A stretch of DNA of 64,000 bases from Nemertoderma westbladi. Its lineage: Eukaryota > Animalia > Xenacoelomorpha. This document shows positions 35,970-48,444 of the stretch, in pieces. The position numbers and the translations under genes were made by a program. The notes under the pieces are model-generated. The model saw only the letters and a list, made by a program, of their open reading frames with translations, searched no databases and was not told the origin of the DNA. The stretch covers positions 2,359 through 66,358 of the forward strand of contig JAUCBJ010002774.1 in assembly GCA_032718475.1 (NCBI GenBank), in the 5' to 3' direction. The stretch's first letter is position 1. Every line of letters starts with the position of its first letter.

Positions 35970-36272
35970 TTACGATGGAGATATGAAAATGTAGTAAAGC
36001 AATGAAACTACTAGAATGCAGTAACGGTTGCTGTGAGTCTGGAGTGTGGGTGCGGCGCTGGGTTTGTTACACAACGTCGTCGCGCAACAGTTAGCCGAAC
36101 AGATGTCGGCGTCGCCTCCCCCGTCGCCTAGGAACGGACCGTGTCCTTTGTTTTGTTCCACGCAACTGGTAACCAAGGAACACGGCGCTGGGGGTAGAGA
36201 TGATTTCTCGCAATTCATCACGCTGACCACAGTTATCTCCCCGTTGGAGTTGCGTGAACGCATTGTTTGTTC
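35970..36272 (-). CDS. Nested antisense Ly6/uPAR (three-finger)-like GPI-anchored protein, exon 3 (last)
   Basis: tttcag| EQTMRS...NCEK...PCSLVTSC...ICSANCCATTLCN (LU-type CCxxxxCN), then an SAA omega-like site, a hydrophobic tail and TAA. Confidence 0.82.
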   Translation of the reverse strand, partial: EQTMRSRNSNGEITVVSVMNCEKSSLPPAPCSLVTSCVEQNKGHGPFLGDGGGDADICSANCCATTLCNKPSAAPTLQTHSNRYCILVVSLLYYIFISPS

Positions 36273-36679
36273 CTGAAATATAAATAACAATCGGTTGACC
36301 GAATGATACTAGTTATTATTTCAAATTTTATATTGATTTACTAATCTGTTTTTAAGGTCTTTTAAAAATGCCCTGAAAGACGCTATAAATTTTGATATTT
36401 TCTTTATAATTTTTCGAGCATAAAATTATAAAACAGACGTACAAATAAATTATCGAGATTTATATTGTGCAACACCGGCGTTCTTGGTAGCAATACCCCC
36501 ACACACGTGTCTGATACGTTAGTGAACAAAGTATCTTCGCAAATCACGGGAAGGTTTTCACACTACATAATCAATAACTCCTATTTAAACCTTGTTATAA
36601 CAATAACACGGTATGGTCGAAGATTTCTTGTGCCACGTGGGAGGCCCCAACAAGGTGTCCGTATGCTTAAGTCTACTTA

Positions 36680-39600
36680 CACTACTCTACACTTCATATT
36701 AACTCACTAACCACTACACTACACTTCATTTTAACTCACTAACCACTATACTACATTTCATATTAACTCACTAACCACTACACTACACTTCATATTAACT
36801 CACTAACCACTATACTACACTTCAGATTAACTCACTAACCACTACATTACACTTCATATTAACTCACTAACCACTACACTACACTTCATATTAACTCACT
36901 AACCACTATACTACACTTCAGATTAACTCACTAACCACTACATTACACTTCATATTAACTCACTAACCACTACACTACACTTCATATTAACTCACTAACC
37001 ACTATACTACACTTCAGATTAACTCACTAACCACTACATTACACTTCATATTAACTCACTAACCACTACATTACACTTCATATTAACTCACTAACCACTA
37101 CACTACACTTCATATTAACTCACTAACCACTATACTACACTTCAGATTAACTCACTAACCACTACATTACACTTCATATTAACTCACTAACCACTACACT
37201 ACACTTCATATTAACTCACTAACCACTATACTACACTTCAGATTAACTCACTAACCACTACATTACACTTCATATTAACTCACTAACCACTACACTACAC
37301 ATCATATTAACTCACTAACCACTATACTACACTTCAGATTAACTCACTAACCACTACATTACACTTCATATTAACTCACTAACCACTACACTACACTTCA
37401 TATTAACTCACTAACCACTATACTACACTTCAGATTAACTCACTAACCACTACATTACACTTCATATTAACTCACTAACCACTACACTACACTTCATATT
37501 AACTCACTAACCACTATACTACACTTCAGATTAACTCACTAACCACTACATTACACTTCATATTAACTCACTAACCACTACACTACACTTCATATTAACT
37601 CACTAACCACTACACTACACTTCATATTAACTCACTAACCACTATACTGCACTTCATATTAACTCACTAACCACTAGACTACACATTATATTAACTCACT
37701 AACCACGACACTACACTTCATATTAACTCACTAACCACTACACTACACTTCATATTAACTCACTAACCACTACACTACACTTCATATTAACTCACTAACC
37801 ATTACACTACACATCAGATTAACTCACTAACCACTACACTACACATCATATTAACTCACTAACCACTACACTACACTTCATATTAACTCACTAACCACTA
37901 CACTACACTTCATATTAACTCACTAACCACTATACTGCACTTCATATTAACTCACTAACCACTAGACTACACATTATATTAACTCACTAACCACGACACT
38001 ACACTTCATATTAACTCACTAACCAATACACTATACTTCATATTAACTCACTAACCACTACACTGCACTTCATATTAACTCACTAACCACTACACTAGAC
38101 TTCATATTAACTCACTAACCACTACACTTCAGATTAACTCACTAACCACTGCATTACACTTCATATTAACTCACTAACCACTACACTACATTTCATATTA
38201 ACTCACTAACCACTACACTAGACTTCATATTAACTCACTAACCACTACACTACACTTCATATTAACTACTAACCACTACACTACACTTCATATTAACTCA
38301 CTAACCACTACAACACTACATTTCATACTAACTCTCTAACCACTACACTACACTTCATATTAACTCACTAACCACGACACTACACTTCATATTAACTCAC
38401 TAACCAATACACTATACTTCATATTAACTCACTAACCACTACACTGCACTTCATATTAACTCACTAACCACTACACTAGACTTCATATTAACTCACTAAC
38501 CACTACACTTCAGATTAACTCACTAACCACTGCATTACACTTCATATTAACTCACTAACCACTACACTACATTTCATATTAACTCACTAACCACTACACT
38601 AGACTTCATATTAACTCACTAACCACTACACTACACTTCATATTAACTACTAACCACTACACTAGACTTCATATTAACTCACTAACCACTACACTACACT
38701 TCATATTAACTCACTAACCACTACACTACACTTCATATTAACTCACTAACCACTACACTGCACTTCATATTAACTCACTAACCACTACACTACACATCAT
38801 ATTAACTCCCTAACCATTACACTACACATCAGATTAACTCACGAACCACTACACCACACAACATATTAACTCACTAACCACTACACTACACTTCATATTA
38901 ACTCACTAACCACTACACTACACTTCATATTAACTCACTTACCATTACACTACACATCAGATTAACTCACTAACCACTACACTACGCATCATATTAACTC
39001 ACTAACCATTACACTACACATCAGATTAATTCACTAACCACTACACTACATATCATATTAACTCACTAACCACTACACTACACTTCATATTAACTCACTA
39101 ACCACTACACTACACTTCATATTAACTCACTAACCATTACACTACACATCAGATTAACTCACTAACCACTACACTACACATCATATTAACTCACTAACCA
39201 CTACACTAGACTTCATATTAACTCACTAACCACTACACCACACTTCATATTAACTCACTAACCGTTACACTACACATCAAATTAACTCACTAACCACTAC
39301 ACTACACATCATATTAACTCACTAACCACTACACTACACTTCATATTAACTCACTAACCACTACACTACACATCAGATTAACTCACTAACCACTACAACA
39401 CTACACTTCATACTAACTCTCTAACCACTACACTACACTTCATATTAACCCAATAACCACTACACTACACTTCATATTAACTCACTAACCACTACAACAC
39501 TACACTTCATATTAACTCACTAACCATTACACTACACATCAGATTAACTCACTAACCACTACACTACACATCATATTAACTCACTAACCACTACACTACA

Positions 39601-40878
39601 CTTCATATTAACTCACTAACCACTACACTACACGTCATATTAACTCACTAACCACTATACTGCACTTCATATTAACTCACTAACCACTAGACTACACATT
39701 ATATTAACTCACTAACCACTACACTACACTTCATATTAACTCACTAACCACTACAACACTACATTTCATACTAACTCTCTAACCACTACACTACACTTCA
39801 TATTAACTCACTAACCACTACACTACACTTCATATTAACTCACTAACCACTACAACACTACACTTCATATTAACTCACTAACCACTACACTACACATTAT
39901 ATTAACTCACTAACCAACCACTACACTGCACGTCATATTAACTCACTAACCACTACACTACACTTCATATTAACTCACTAACCACTACATTACACTTCAT
40001 ATTAACTCACTAACCACTACAACACTACACTTCATACTAACTCTCTAACCACTACACTACACTTCATATTAACCCAATAACCACTACACTACACTTCATA
40101 TTAACTCACTAACCACTACAACACTACACTTCATATTAACTCACTAACCACTACACTACACATTATATTAACTCACTAACCACTACAACACTACACTTCA
40201 TACTAACTCTGTAACCACTACACTACACTTCATATTAACTCACTAACCAACCACTACACTACACTTCATATTAACTCACTAACCAACCACTACACTACAC
40301 TTCATATTAACTAACCAACCACTACACTACACTTCATATTAACTCACTAACAAACCACTACACTACACTTCATATTAACTCACTAACCAACCACTACACT
40401 ACGCGTCATATTAACTCACTAACCACTACACTACACTTCATATTAACTCACTAACCAACCACTACACTACACGTCATATTAACTCACTAACCACTACACT
40501 ACACATTATATTAACTCACTAACCACTACACTACACTTCATATTAACTCACTAACCACTACAACACTACACTTCATATTAACTCACTAACCACTACACTA
40601 CACATTATATTAACTCACTAACCACTACACTACACTTCATATTAACTCACTAACCACTACACTTCATATTAACTCACTAACCATTACACTACACTTCATA
40701 TTAACTCACTAACCAACCACTACACTACACTTCATATTAACTCACTAACCACTACACTACACATTATATTAACTCACTAACCACTAGACTACACATTATA
40801 TTAACTCACTAACCACTACACTACACATTATATTAACTCACTAACCACTAGACTACACATTATATTAACTCACTAACC
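36680..40878 (-). repeat. 32-bp minisatellite (~130 copies) beginning at the donor of Ly6-like exon 2
   Basis: Minus-strand unit G|GTTAGTGAGTTAATATGAAGTGTAGTGTAGT. The first copy is the real junction ACG|gttagtgagttaatata at 40878/40877. Confidence 0.95.
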
Positions 40879-40978
40879 GTACAATGACCACAGTCGTATT
40901 TAATTTCAAGTTCGTCAACATTTATTTCTTCTATATTTTCATCGAGGAATTTGTATGTTCCTTTGTAGCAAGTTACCC
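40878..40978 (-). CDS. Nested Ly6/uPAR-like gene, exon 2
   Basis: ttttcag| (G)VTCYKGTYKFLDENIEEINVDELEIKYDCGHCT |gttagt. Phase 1 start and phase 0 end fit both neighbours. Confidence 0.78.
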
Positions 40979-41577
40979 CTGAAAAAGAAATTACCAACAA
41001 AGGGCGTAACTTTGGCATTTCAATGTAATATAATAGAGTATTATTTGACATTTCAATGTGATTGGATTGCTTGGCAGGTTGCATTTCAATATAAAATTGC
41101 AGTATGAAATATTTGAAGTATTTGACTTACATCATTATTACTTTATAATAATCGAATCGTCATTTTTTTACTCAATTACCTCATGTAGTTGTCCTCCACT
41201 GCCTGGGGACTATCCATTCAACGAACCTTGTATTGTTCTATGCTAAAGAGTTTAATCGGATTTTAGTAAAATAATTGTAATTTAATTATTTCGGAGGGGA
41301 TGTTGTTAATGGACGATGTTTTGTGCTGAGGAAACTTTCCCAAAAGCATTAGGAACTGGCTGCATTGGCTCCACCCTGATGGCCGCACCTGCTACTGCGG
41401 ATGTACGCCGGTATACGAGGCCCGTGTGATTTACGCTGTTTATAACGGCTGCCGGTGGATCTTATGGGAATTAATCCGCAGTTTGATGGACTACATTTAT
41501 AATCGATAACGATGTAATTCTCCTACCCCCACTCCACCCCTGGTACGAACTATATCTCATCCGTTCAATAATTTATT

Positions 41578-41822
41578 GGAAGGGATCTAGGGGTCTTATT
41601 TTCGAATGATAAGTTTATTTTACCGAAAATAACTTATCTTTTATTGGCGCAATTGTAGGATTAATCCCATCACATGCGTACTTTTTAACAGGGTAGTGTA
41701 CAAATTTAGGAATCGCGTAATTTTTATTGAAATTAATATCTCATATCTCTCCAAACCACGTACGCGTTTCTTTTGCTTCACGTAAACTTATCATTCGAGG
41801 TTAAGACCCCTAGATCCCTTCC
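41578..41822. mobile_element. ~245-bp MITE with ~40-bp TIRs
   Basis: ggaagggatctaggggtctta...tcgaatgataagttt versus aaacttatcattcga...taagacccctagatcccttcc. Confidence 0.8.
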
Positions 41823-42904
41823 TACATATAAATGTATAATAACAAACACATCGAAAAACACAGCTTGTCAACACATTGTTACCGTTCAATAATAACTCAT
41901 TCTGTCAGACCTGTGTGTATTTTTGCAACTTTTTCCATAAAACATTGATACCCTCCCTATATGAACTCTTTGTAAATTGATTCGAATGCCAGTTTTTGTC
42001 ATCATAAATGACGATGAAATTTGGTTGAAATTTGGCAGTAAATTCATTTTCAACATAAATAGTTATTGTGAAAAGAAAAGCAGAATATCGATGCAGATAC
42101 AGAAATCAGAGAATACTTATTAAATTTAACGTGTATTTTTGAAAAGTTTGAGAAAAATTCCGCTAATATAGCTCACATTTACTTTATGACATTATAGAAA
42201 CCGACTTTGCCTCCCACAAACCCGATGATATAAAGTTGATTCAATTTATGGATGTCACAATTTTGTATTAATTAACTCTGTTTTTGGACGACCAAACGCC
42301 TTCTGTATTCTAGCCCAGGGCCAACCAGGCCTTAATCCGCCCCTGTAGGCTGTTCAAGTCATGGTGATGGTGTCAATACCATATTGTGAGTTATTTCACT
42401 GAAAAAAATACTTACATTTACCACACCAAATTAACAAGCGGCTCAATTAGAACCTTAATGATTGATTTAGTGAGTGTATGTGCTGTGCAGTACCTTGAAT
42501 ATAAAAGCTGGGTAATTGGTGCTCGAGATATTTAACAATACCTGCATTGTAGTTACATCTAGGATAAATAGTTAGTATCAATGCCATTTCTTTTGTCTAC
42601 TATCACGAAAACCAATGATGTTACTGTCTGATGTTTTTTTCACAATATCGCTTTGTCTCGCAACCATTATTTCGACGATTTCAGATCGAATGAGCATATT
42701 ATTATTATTAATATTATTGCGGTATGTGCAGTGTCGCGCTAGACATAAACCGTCTCGCCGAATTGGTATAATTGTGAGAGTCTTTAGCTCAGCTTACAGT
42801 TTAATTTTTAAACGTAATCAGCTGTTATTTGCGTCAATTTTCCTACTGGAGAGGGATACATTTTGACCACCACACACCGCCCACCTATCTGGAATGGCGT
42901 GGAC

Positions 42905-44098
42905 GATTCACCGTACTTAGTTCCAATTTAAGCCTCATGCGAATTTAGTTCCAATGGAAACGAATTTAGTTTCAATTTTGGCGAACTTAGTTCCAATAAC
43001 TAGAGAAAAACGAAAACGAATTTAGTTCCAATGGATGCGAATTTAGTTCCAATGGAAGCGAATTTAGTTCCAATGCAAGCGAATTTAGTTCCAATGCAAG
43101 CGAATTTAGTTCCAATGGAAGCGAACTTAGTTCCAATGTTTCAGGTGTGGGGCGAGCCACGTAGTTGGCGAAGAATCTGTTTAAGGACACCATTAGGTGG
43201 ATGGTTAAATAATAATTGTAAATAACTAACCCAAACAACGCCCAACCTCCTAACCAAAACAATTTAATTAGATTCATTTCTATTTAATCATTTAAAATTA
43301 TATTCATTGTAAAAAACAACGCCAAAGGTCTTAACCCAAACTACGCCCAACCTCCTAGCCCAAACAACTGGTAAATATTGTATTTGGTGTGAAAATGGCA
43401 CAATGTGTATGACTTGAGTATATAATACTACAGACTCAGTCAGTCAGTATCAGTATACTCGTGATTAATATATATTTCAAAATGTGCAATTATACATTTT
43501 AATTCATTAAATGACAGAAGGGTTTTACAATTATTTACAATTATTGTTGACCCTGACCCACCCCAAATAGTGGCAATACGCAATAGGCTTCGCCTACTAC
43601 GTGGCTATCCCCACGATTGAAACATTGGAACAAAGTTCGTACCCATTGGAACTAAATTCGCTTCCATTGGAACTAAATTCGCATGCATTGGAACTAAATT
43701 CGCTTGCATTGGAACTAAATTCGCATGCATTGGAACTAAATTCGCTTGCATTGGAACTAAATTCGCTTGCATTGGAACTAAATTCGCATGCATTGGAACT
43801 AAATTCGCTTGCTTTGGAACTAAATTCACATGCATTGGAACTAAATTCGCATGCATTGGAACTAAGTTCGCATCCATTTGGAACTAAATTCGCTTCCATT
43901 GGAACTAATTTCGCATCCATTGGAACTAAATTCGCATCCATTGGAACTAAGTTCGTTTTGATATTCCGGGATTGGAACTAAGTTCGCCTTGATTGGAACT
44001 AAGTTCGCTTTGTAAAATTTATTTTGGAACTAAATTCGTTTCAATTGGAACTAAGTTCGCATTTGAAAATGTGCGATTGGAAATAAGTTCGTTCTACC
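42905..44098. mobile_element. Foldback element whose arms are inverted arrays of a 21-bp repeat (TTGGAACTAAATTCGCTTGCA)
   Basis: Left arm 42915-43140 is the reverse complement of right arm 43625-44095. Possible 8-bp TSD GCGTGGAC (42897-42904 and 44099-44106). A terminus fragment also occurs at ~60611-60640. Confidence 0.75.
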
Positions 44099-44110
44099 GC
44101 GTGGACTCAC

Positions 44111-44180
44111 CTTCGCATAATTGAGGTGTTAAAATTCCGCAGAACAATATGATAATGTCATATAACGTGGCTCGATTCAT
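44111..44180 (-). CDS. Nested Ly6/uPAR-like gene, exon 1 (signal peptide)
   Basis: MNRATLYDIIILFCGILTPQLCE G|gtgagt with a phase 1 donor. The spliced CDS is 70+101+303 = 474 nt, giving 157 aa. Confidence 0.72.
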
Positions 44181-46070
44181 CCTTGTAGAGAAATCTTTCA
44201 CCCATAAATCGACGGTATTTGTCATATATAATTATGAAATTAAATTCATAAAATGAATTCGTGAAACAATTCAGAAATATAAACTATTTATTATGCACTA
44301 ATGTAAATATACTACAACGCATGTAAACGTAACTGCAAACAAAACATCATAAAAGCAAATGAGACAGAGTTTAGGGTAATGACTAACTCAATGATTTTAA
44401 TAAAAGCGTTAGATGGAGGTGTACTTTCTATTTACTATATTATACTCAAAGGATATATCAATTCTCACGAGGTTTATCTATTGAGTAGAATGTTGCATTA
44501 TTTATAAAGGGAGGTTGGTATTGCACTAGTTAATGATGAAATTAATGTTTTAACACCCACCTTCTTTTGGTCTCCTGTGGGGGCGGCTTCCTTTTAAACT
44601 ATTTATGTGCATTTTTATTTAAAGGTGATTTCAGTGTTGACATATATAGACGTTGAAATCATGTTGAATTTAATTTGTGTCGGTTAGGATTGTTTATTTT
44701 AGTCTGTGTAATTAGACAGACAATAATTATTAGTGATGCAAAATCAAACTGAAATTGAACTGAAATATAAATCAAACTTAAATTTAACTGAAACATGAAT
44801 CAAACTGAAATTGATACCATAAATTGAAATTGATATTTAAGGGTGTCAACGCTACGCCGACAACACAGCTATGAACAATTAGTGTTAATTAACGTGAATT
44901 ATCAATTGAGGGAAAGGTACAGGTAGCAGTGGTAGGCTATTCTAACCAAAACAATAAACGGGAATTAATCACACAGGTTACAGAATAGATCTTGTTCGTA
45001 ATAAAAGTTGTTAGTTGTTATCTTTGGATGAAATGCTGTCCAATTTTTGATGAAGGTAAATGTAAAAGCAGCGTAAATGTTACTTTTAAAAAGTAAATGT
45101 TTGATTGATACGATAGGGGCGCCATAGCAACCGTTATTGCAGCAATTATTTAATGGACCATAGTATCGATCGCTAATGGCTGTTGTGTAATATTTCTTTG
45201 TGTAAGCTTATAAACACTAATACACTGTGTGTATGTGTAATCGCGTCGCTCCTATCTTATATCTCTATCACGGGCCGGCTCAGTGCTGTGTTTATCCAGT
45301 AGGGACTGAAACCCACAACCACGGATAGTTTGCCTGAGTCGAGACCACCTGCCCCTTCTACCTGTATCCGATGGCATTGCGAGCGCGTTTTCCAGTCCAT
45401 AATTCCAGGCAATAACTAAACATACCCATACCGTGTTGTCACCGCACCGATGATACTGTCACCAGTTCTTTATCTTTACTCCCAGCTCGAATTCCTACAT
45501 CTACTCTATACTGAAATTTCAAGTGGCTCGCCTTGTATTTGTCTATTCTGTGGTACATGTTGCCGTTATTGGTTCGCTTGCCCCCATTCCTTCTTGGCGT
45601 GTAAGTCTTATCTTAAGATCGTTTGTCGTACTAATGTCTCTCTCTGTTCTTCTTACTTTTGCGTGTATTTGTGTTTACTTTATAGTGAACAAATTATGTA
45701 ATATTAAAATACTTTTTTTTCGGAAATTGAAATATTATATCATTACGTGATACATGCTATGCCGAAATGTATGAGTCGATTTACTATATGAGACCGGTGA
45801 GATGGGATGGTTTTATGAGACCGGTGAGACACACATCACCACTATTGGGCCTGTCAAGGCATATAAATCATTGTAAAGCTCATTTGTCTCGTCTTACTTT
45901 TCGGTAGAAACTAAAAGTAAGATTTTTCGCAAAAATATGGGAATAGTTGTTGTGTCTTTTTGGACAAAATTTAATTTTCGATCCTTTAATGTTATACATA
46001 ATATATTATGATTATACTAATCATGGCTCAGCATTAAAATACCGAATCCTAAAATACGGGGATTCAAATT

Positions 46071-46840
46071 CTGAAACAAACACACTGGTAACAGAATACT
46101 GAAACAAACAGACTGGTAACAGAATACTGAAACAAACAGACTGGTATCAGAATACTGAAACAAACAGACTGGTATCAGAATACTGAAACAAACACACTGG
46201 TATCAGAATACTGAAACAAACAGACTGCTTCAGAATACTGAAACAAACTTACTGTTATCAGAATACTGAAACAAACAAACTGGTATCAGAATACTGAAAC
46301 AAACAGACTGCTTCAGAATACTGAAACAAACTTACTGTTATCAGAATACTGAAACAAACAAACTGGTATCAGAATACTGAAACAAACAGACTGCTGTCAG
46401 AATACTATACTGGAACAAACTTACTGTTATCAGAATACTGAAACAAACACACTGGTATCAGAATACTGAAACAAACAGACTGCTATCAGAATACTGAAAC
46501 AAACTTACTGTTATCAGAATACTGAAACAAACACACTGGTATCAGAATACTGAAACAAACAAACTGGTATCAGAATACTGAAACAAACATAATGGTATCA
46601 GAATCCCTGAAACAAACACAATGATTTCAGAATATTGAAACATACACGCCGATATCAGAATACTGAAACAAACACCCCAGTATCGAGTATCAAAATACTG
46701 AAACAAACTCACCGGTATCAGAACAGACTGGTATCAGAATACTGAAACAAACACACTGCTATCAGAATACTGAAACAAAGGCACCTGTATCCTAATGCTG
46801 AGACAAACATCACACCGGTATCAGATTACTGATACAAAGA
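46071..46840. repeat. 28-bp minisatellite AATACTGAAACAAACAGACTGGTATCAG (~27 copies, degenerating to the right)
   Basis: Direct reading. Confidence 0.9.
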
Positions 46841-48444
46841 CAAAAAGCAAAAAGAACACTGAATTAATTTCTTCAGTTTCAGTGAGGGACTAAAGTATGA
46901 TAGCGTATAATAGCTTAATAAATTACCTGTCCGAAATTAGAGAAAAAAATAATTGATTTATCCTTAAATTTAAGTATATTTAAATTTAAGTAATAATGAA
47001 GTAATTTAGTAAACAATTTATATATTAAGTAACACACAATTAATTGTAATTATACGTCAAAAATTGTCATTTTTTATTTTTTTTTATTTAACAAATTTTT
47101 TATTTAATATATACCATGCTAAAAGAAATGATTAAACTCTGAAATGTAATTATATTGACTACATAAGTTATTATAAAATGTTATAAAACAAATGCCACAT
47201 TTATCTACATAACTCAGCTATTTTGTTGGTAGGCTATGATGTGCCGTTACAGTATGAATTGGTATGTTGAATATTCCAGTGATTACTATGCCTCGGCACG
47301 TTCGCGTAACCACCACCTTCTGTCGGGACTCATACTTAGAATAATTTATTTAACGAAATTCCCTAAGTTATGCCGACATATGGCAGCATCACAGCAGAAA
47401 AAATGCATAATTCTAGGCCTTGTTATTCACTGTATGGCTGTTTGACTTGACTTTTGCTGCATTTTAAGTACTTGCCATAATACACTACTATAATACAAGT
47501 ACGCAAAATAAATTGTTGTGTCTCTATATATAAGAACTAAATTGTTGTTGTACACCGTATTATTATACCTCCAGTAAATGTGTCTCAGTTTGTTCTGAGT
47601 CTCTGGAATAAGCAACCAATGGTTACATTTTCATCCTAAGAAATGCCTGTTCCATTGATGATAGCATTCTCATCATCCTTTCCTAAACTTTTCAACCAAT
47701 GCAATTCCTACAATCTGTCAGGTTATCCATGTAGGTAGAGATTGCCATTTGTTACAAAGAGTAGTTATGTATATCATTGCACGATAATTTGCAATCACAC
47801 ACACACGGGTGGTACTGAGCATTCCCTTAAAATTCCATACCGTTCGCAAATTGAAGTTACAGGTTGGAGAGATATTGGCAAATACTCCAAAATTATATTT
47901 ACATTGAGGAAATAGTGAATTGATTGGGTGGATTGAAAATTGTAACTAATTGAAATTGTGAAAAATACGTGCACCCCATTGACGCCTGCCGGCCCTTGTG
48001 AAGAATACCAGACCTGGTATTCTTCACATGGGCGCGCCTGCCTATGCACAGAACAAAAAGTTAGTGCTATTTGTTTTGTCTGCCCCTATTGTGAAATACG
48101 CATTATTCGCAAATATGCTTTTCATATTTTGTGAGCTATTTATTATTTTATTTGATAAAAGTGTTGGAGTGGATACAGTCTCTTGTATAATTAGTTCAAA
48201 TAGGGTTCTAATACTGACCTATACCATTTACCTCATATATCCGCACTATTAAAAATTAAATCACCGCAAATGGTGTCCAAGTTAACGTTGATGGGATGTT
48301 ATGACAGACCTGTACCACACTTATTTATGTTCGTTCTTGCCGTCTCATACTCATATCGGTGGATCCCGTATATATATTGTTAAGTTTTTAAAGTAAATAC
48401 GTTGTCTATATCCATACCATGCATATCTACACCTATATATGGTT

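Noticed and set aside
42540-42590. Alternative first exon for the Ly6-like gene (MALILTIYPRCNYNA G|gtattg)
   Set aside because: The phase fits, but it is a poor signal peptide with a weak donor compared with 44111-44180.
45270-45360. tRNA or tRNA-derived SINE (B-box-like ggtttcagtccc on the minus strand)
   Set aside because: I could not identify a cloverleaf, an A box or a second copy.
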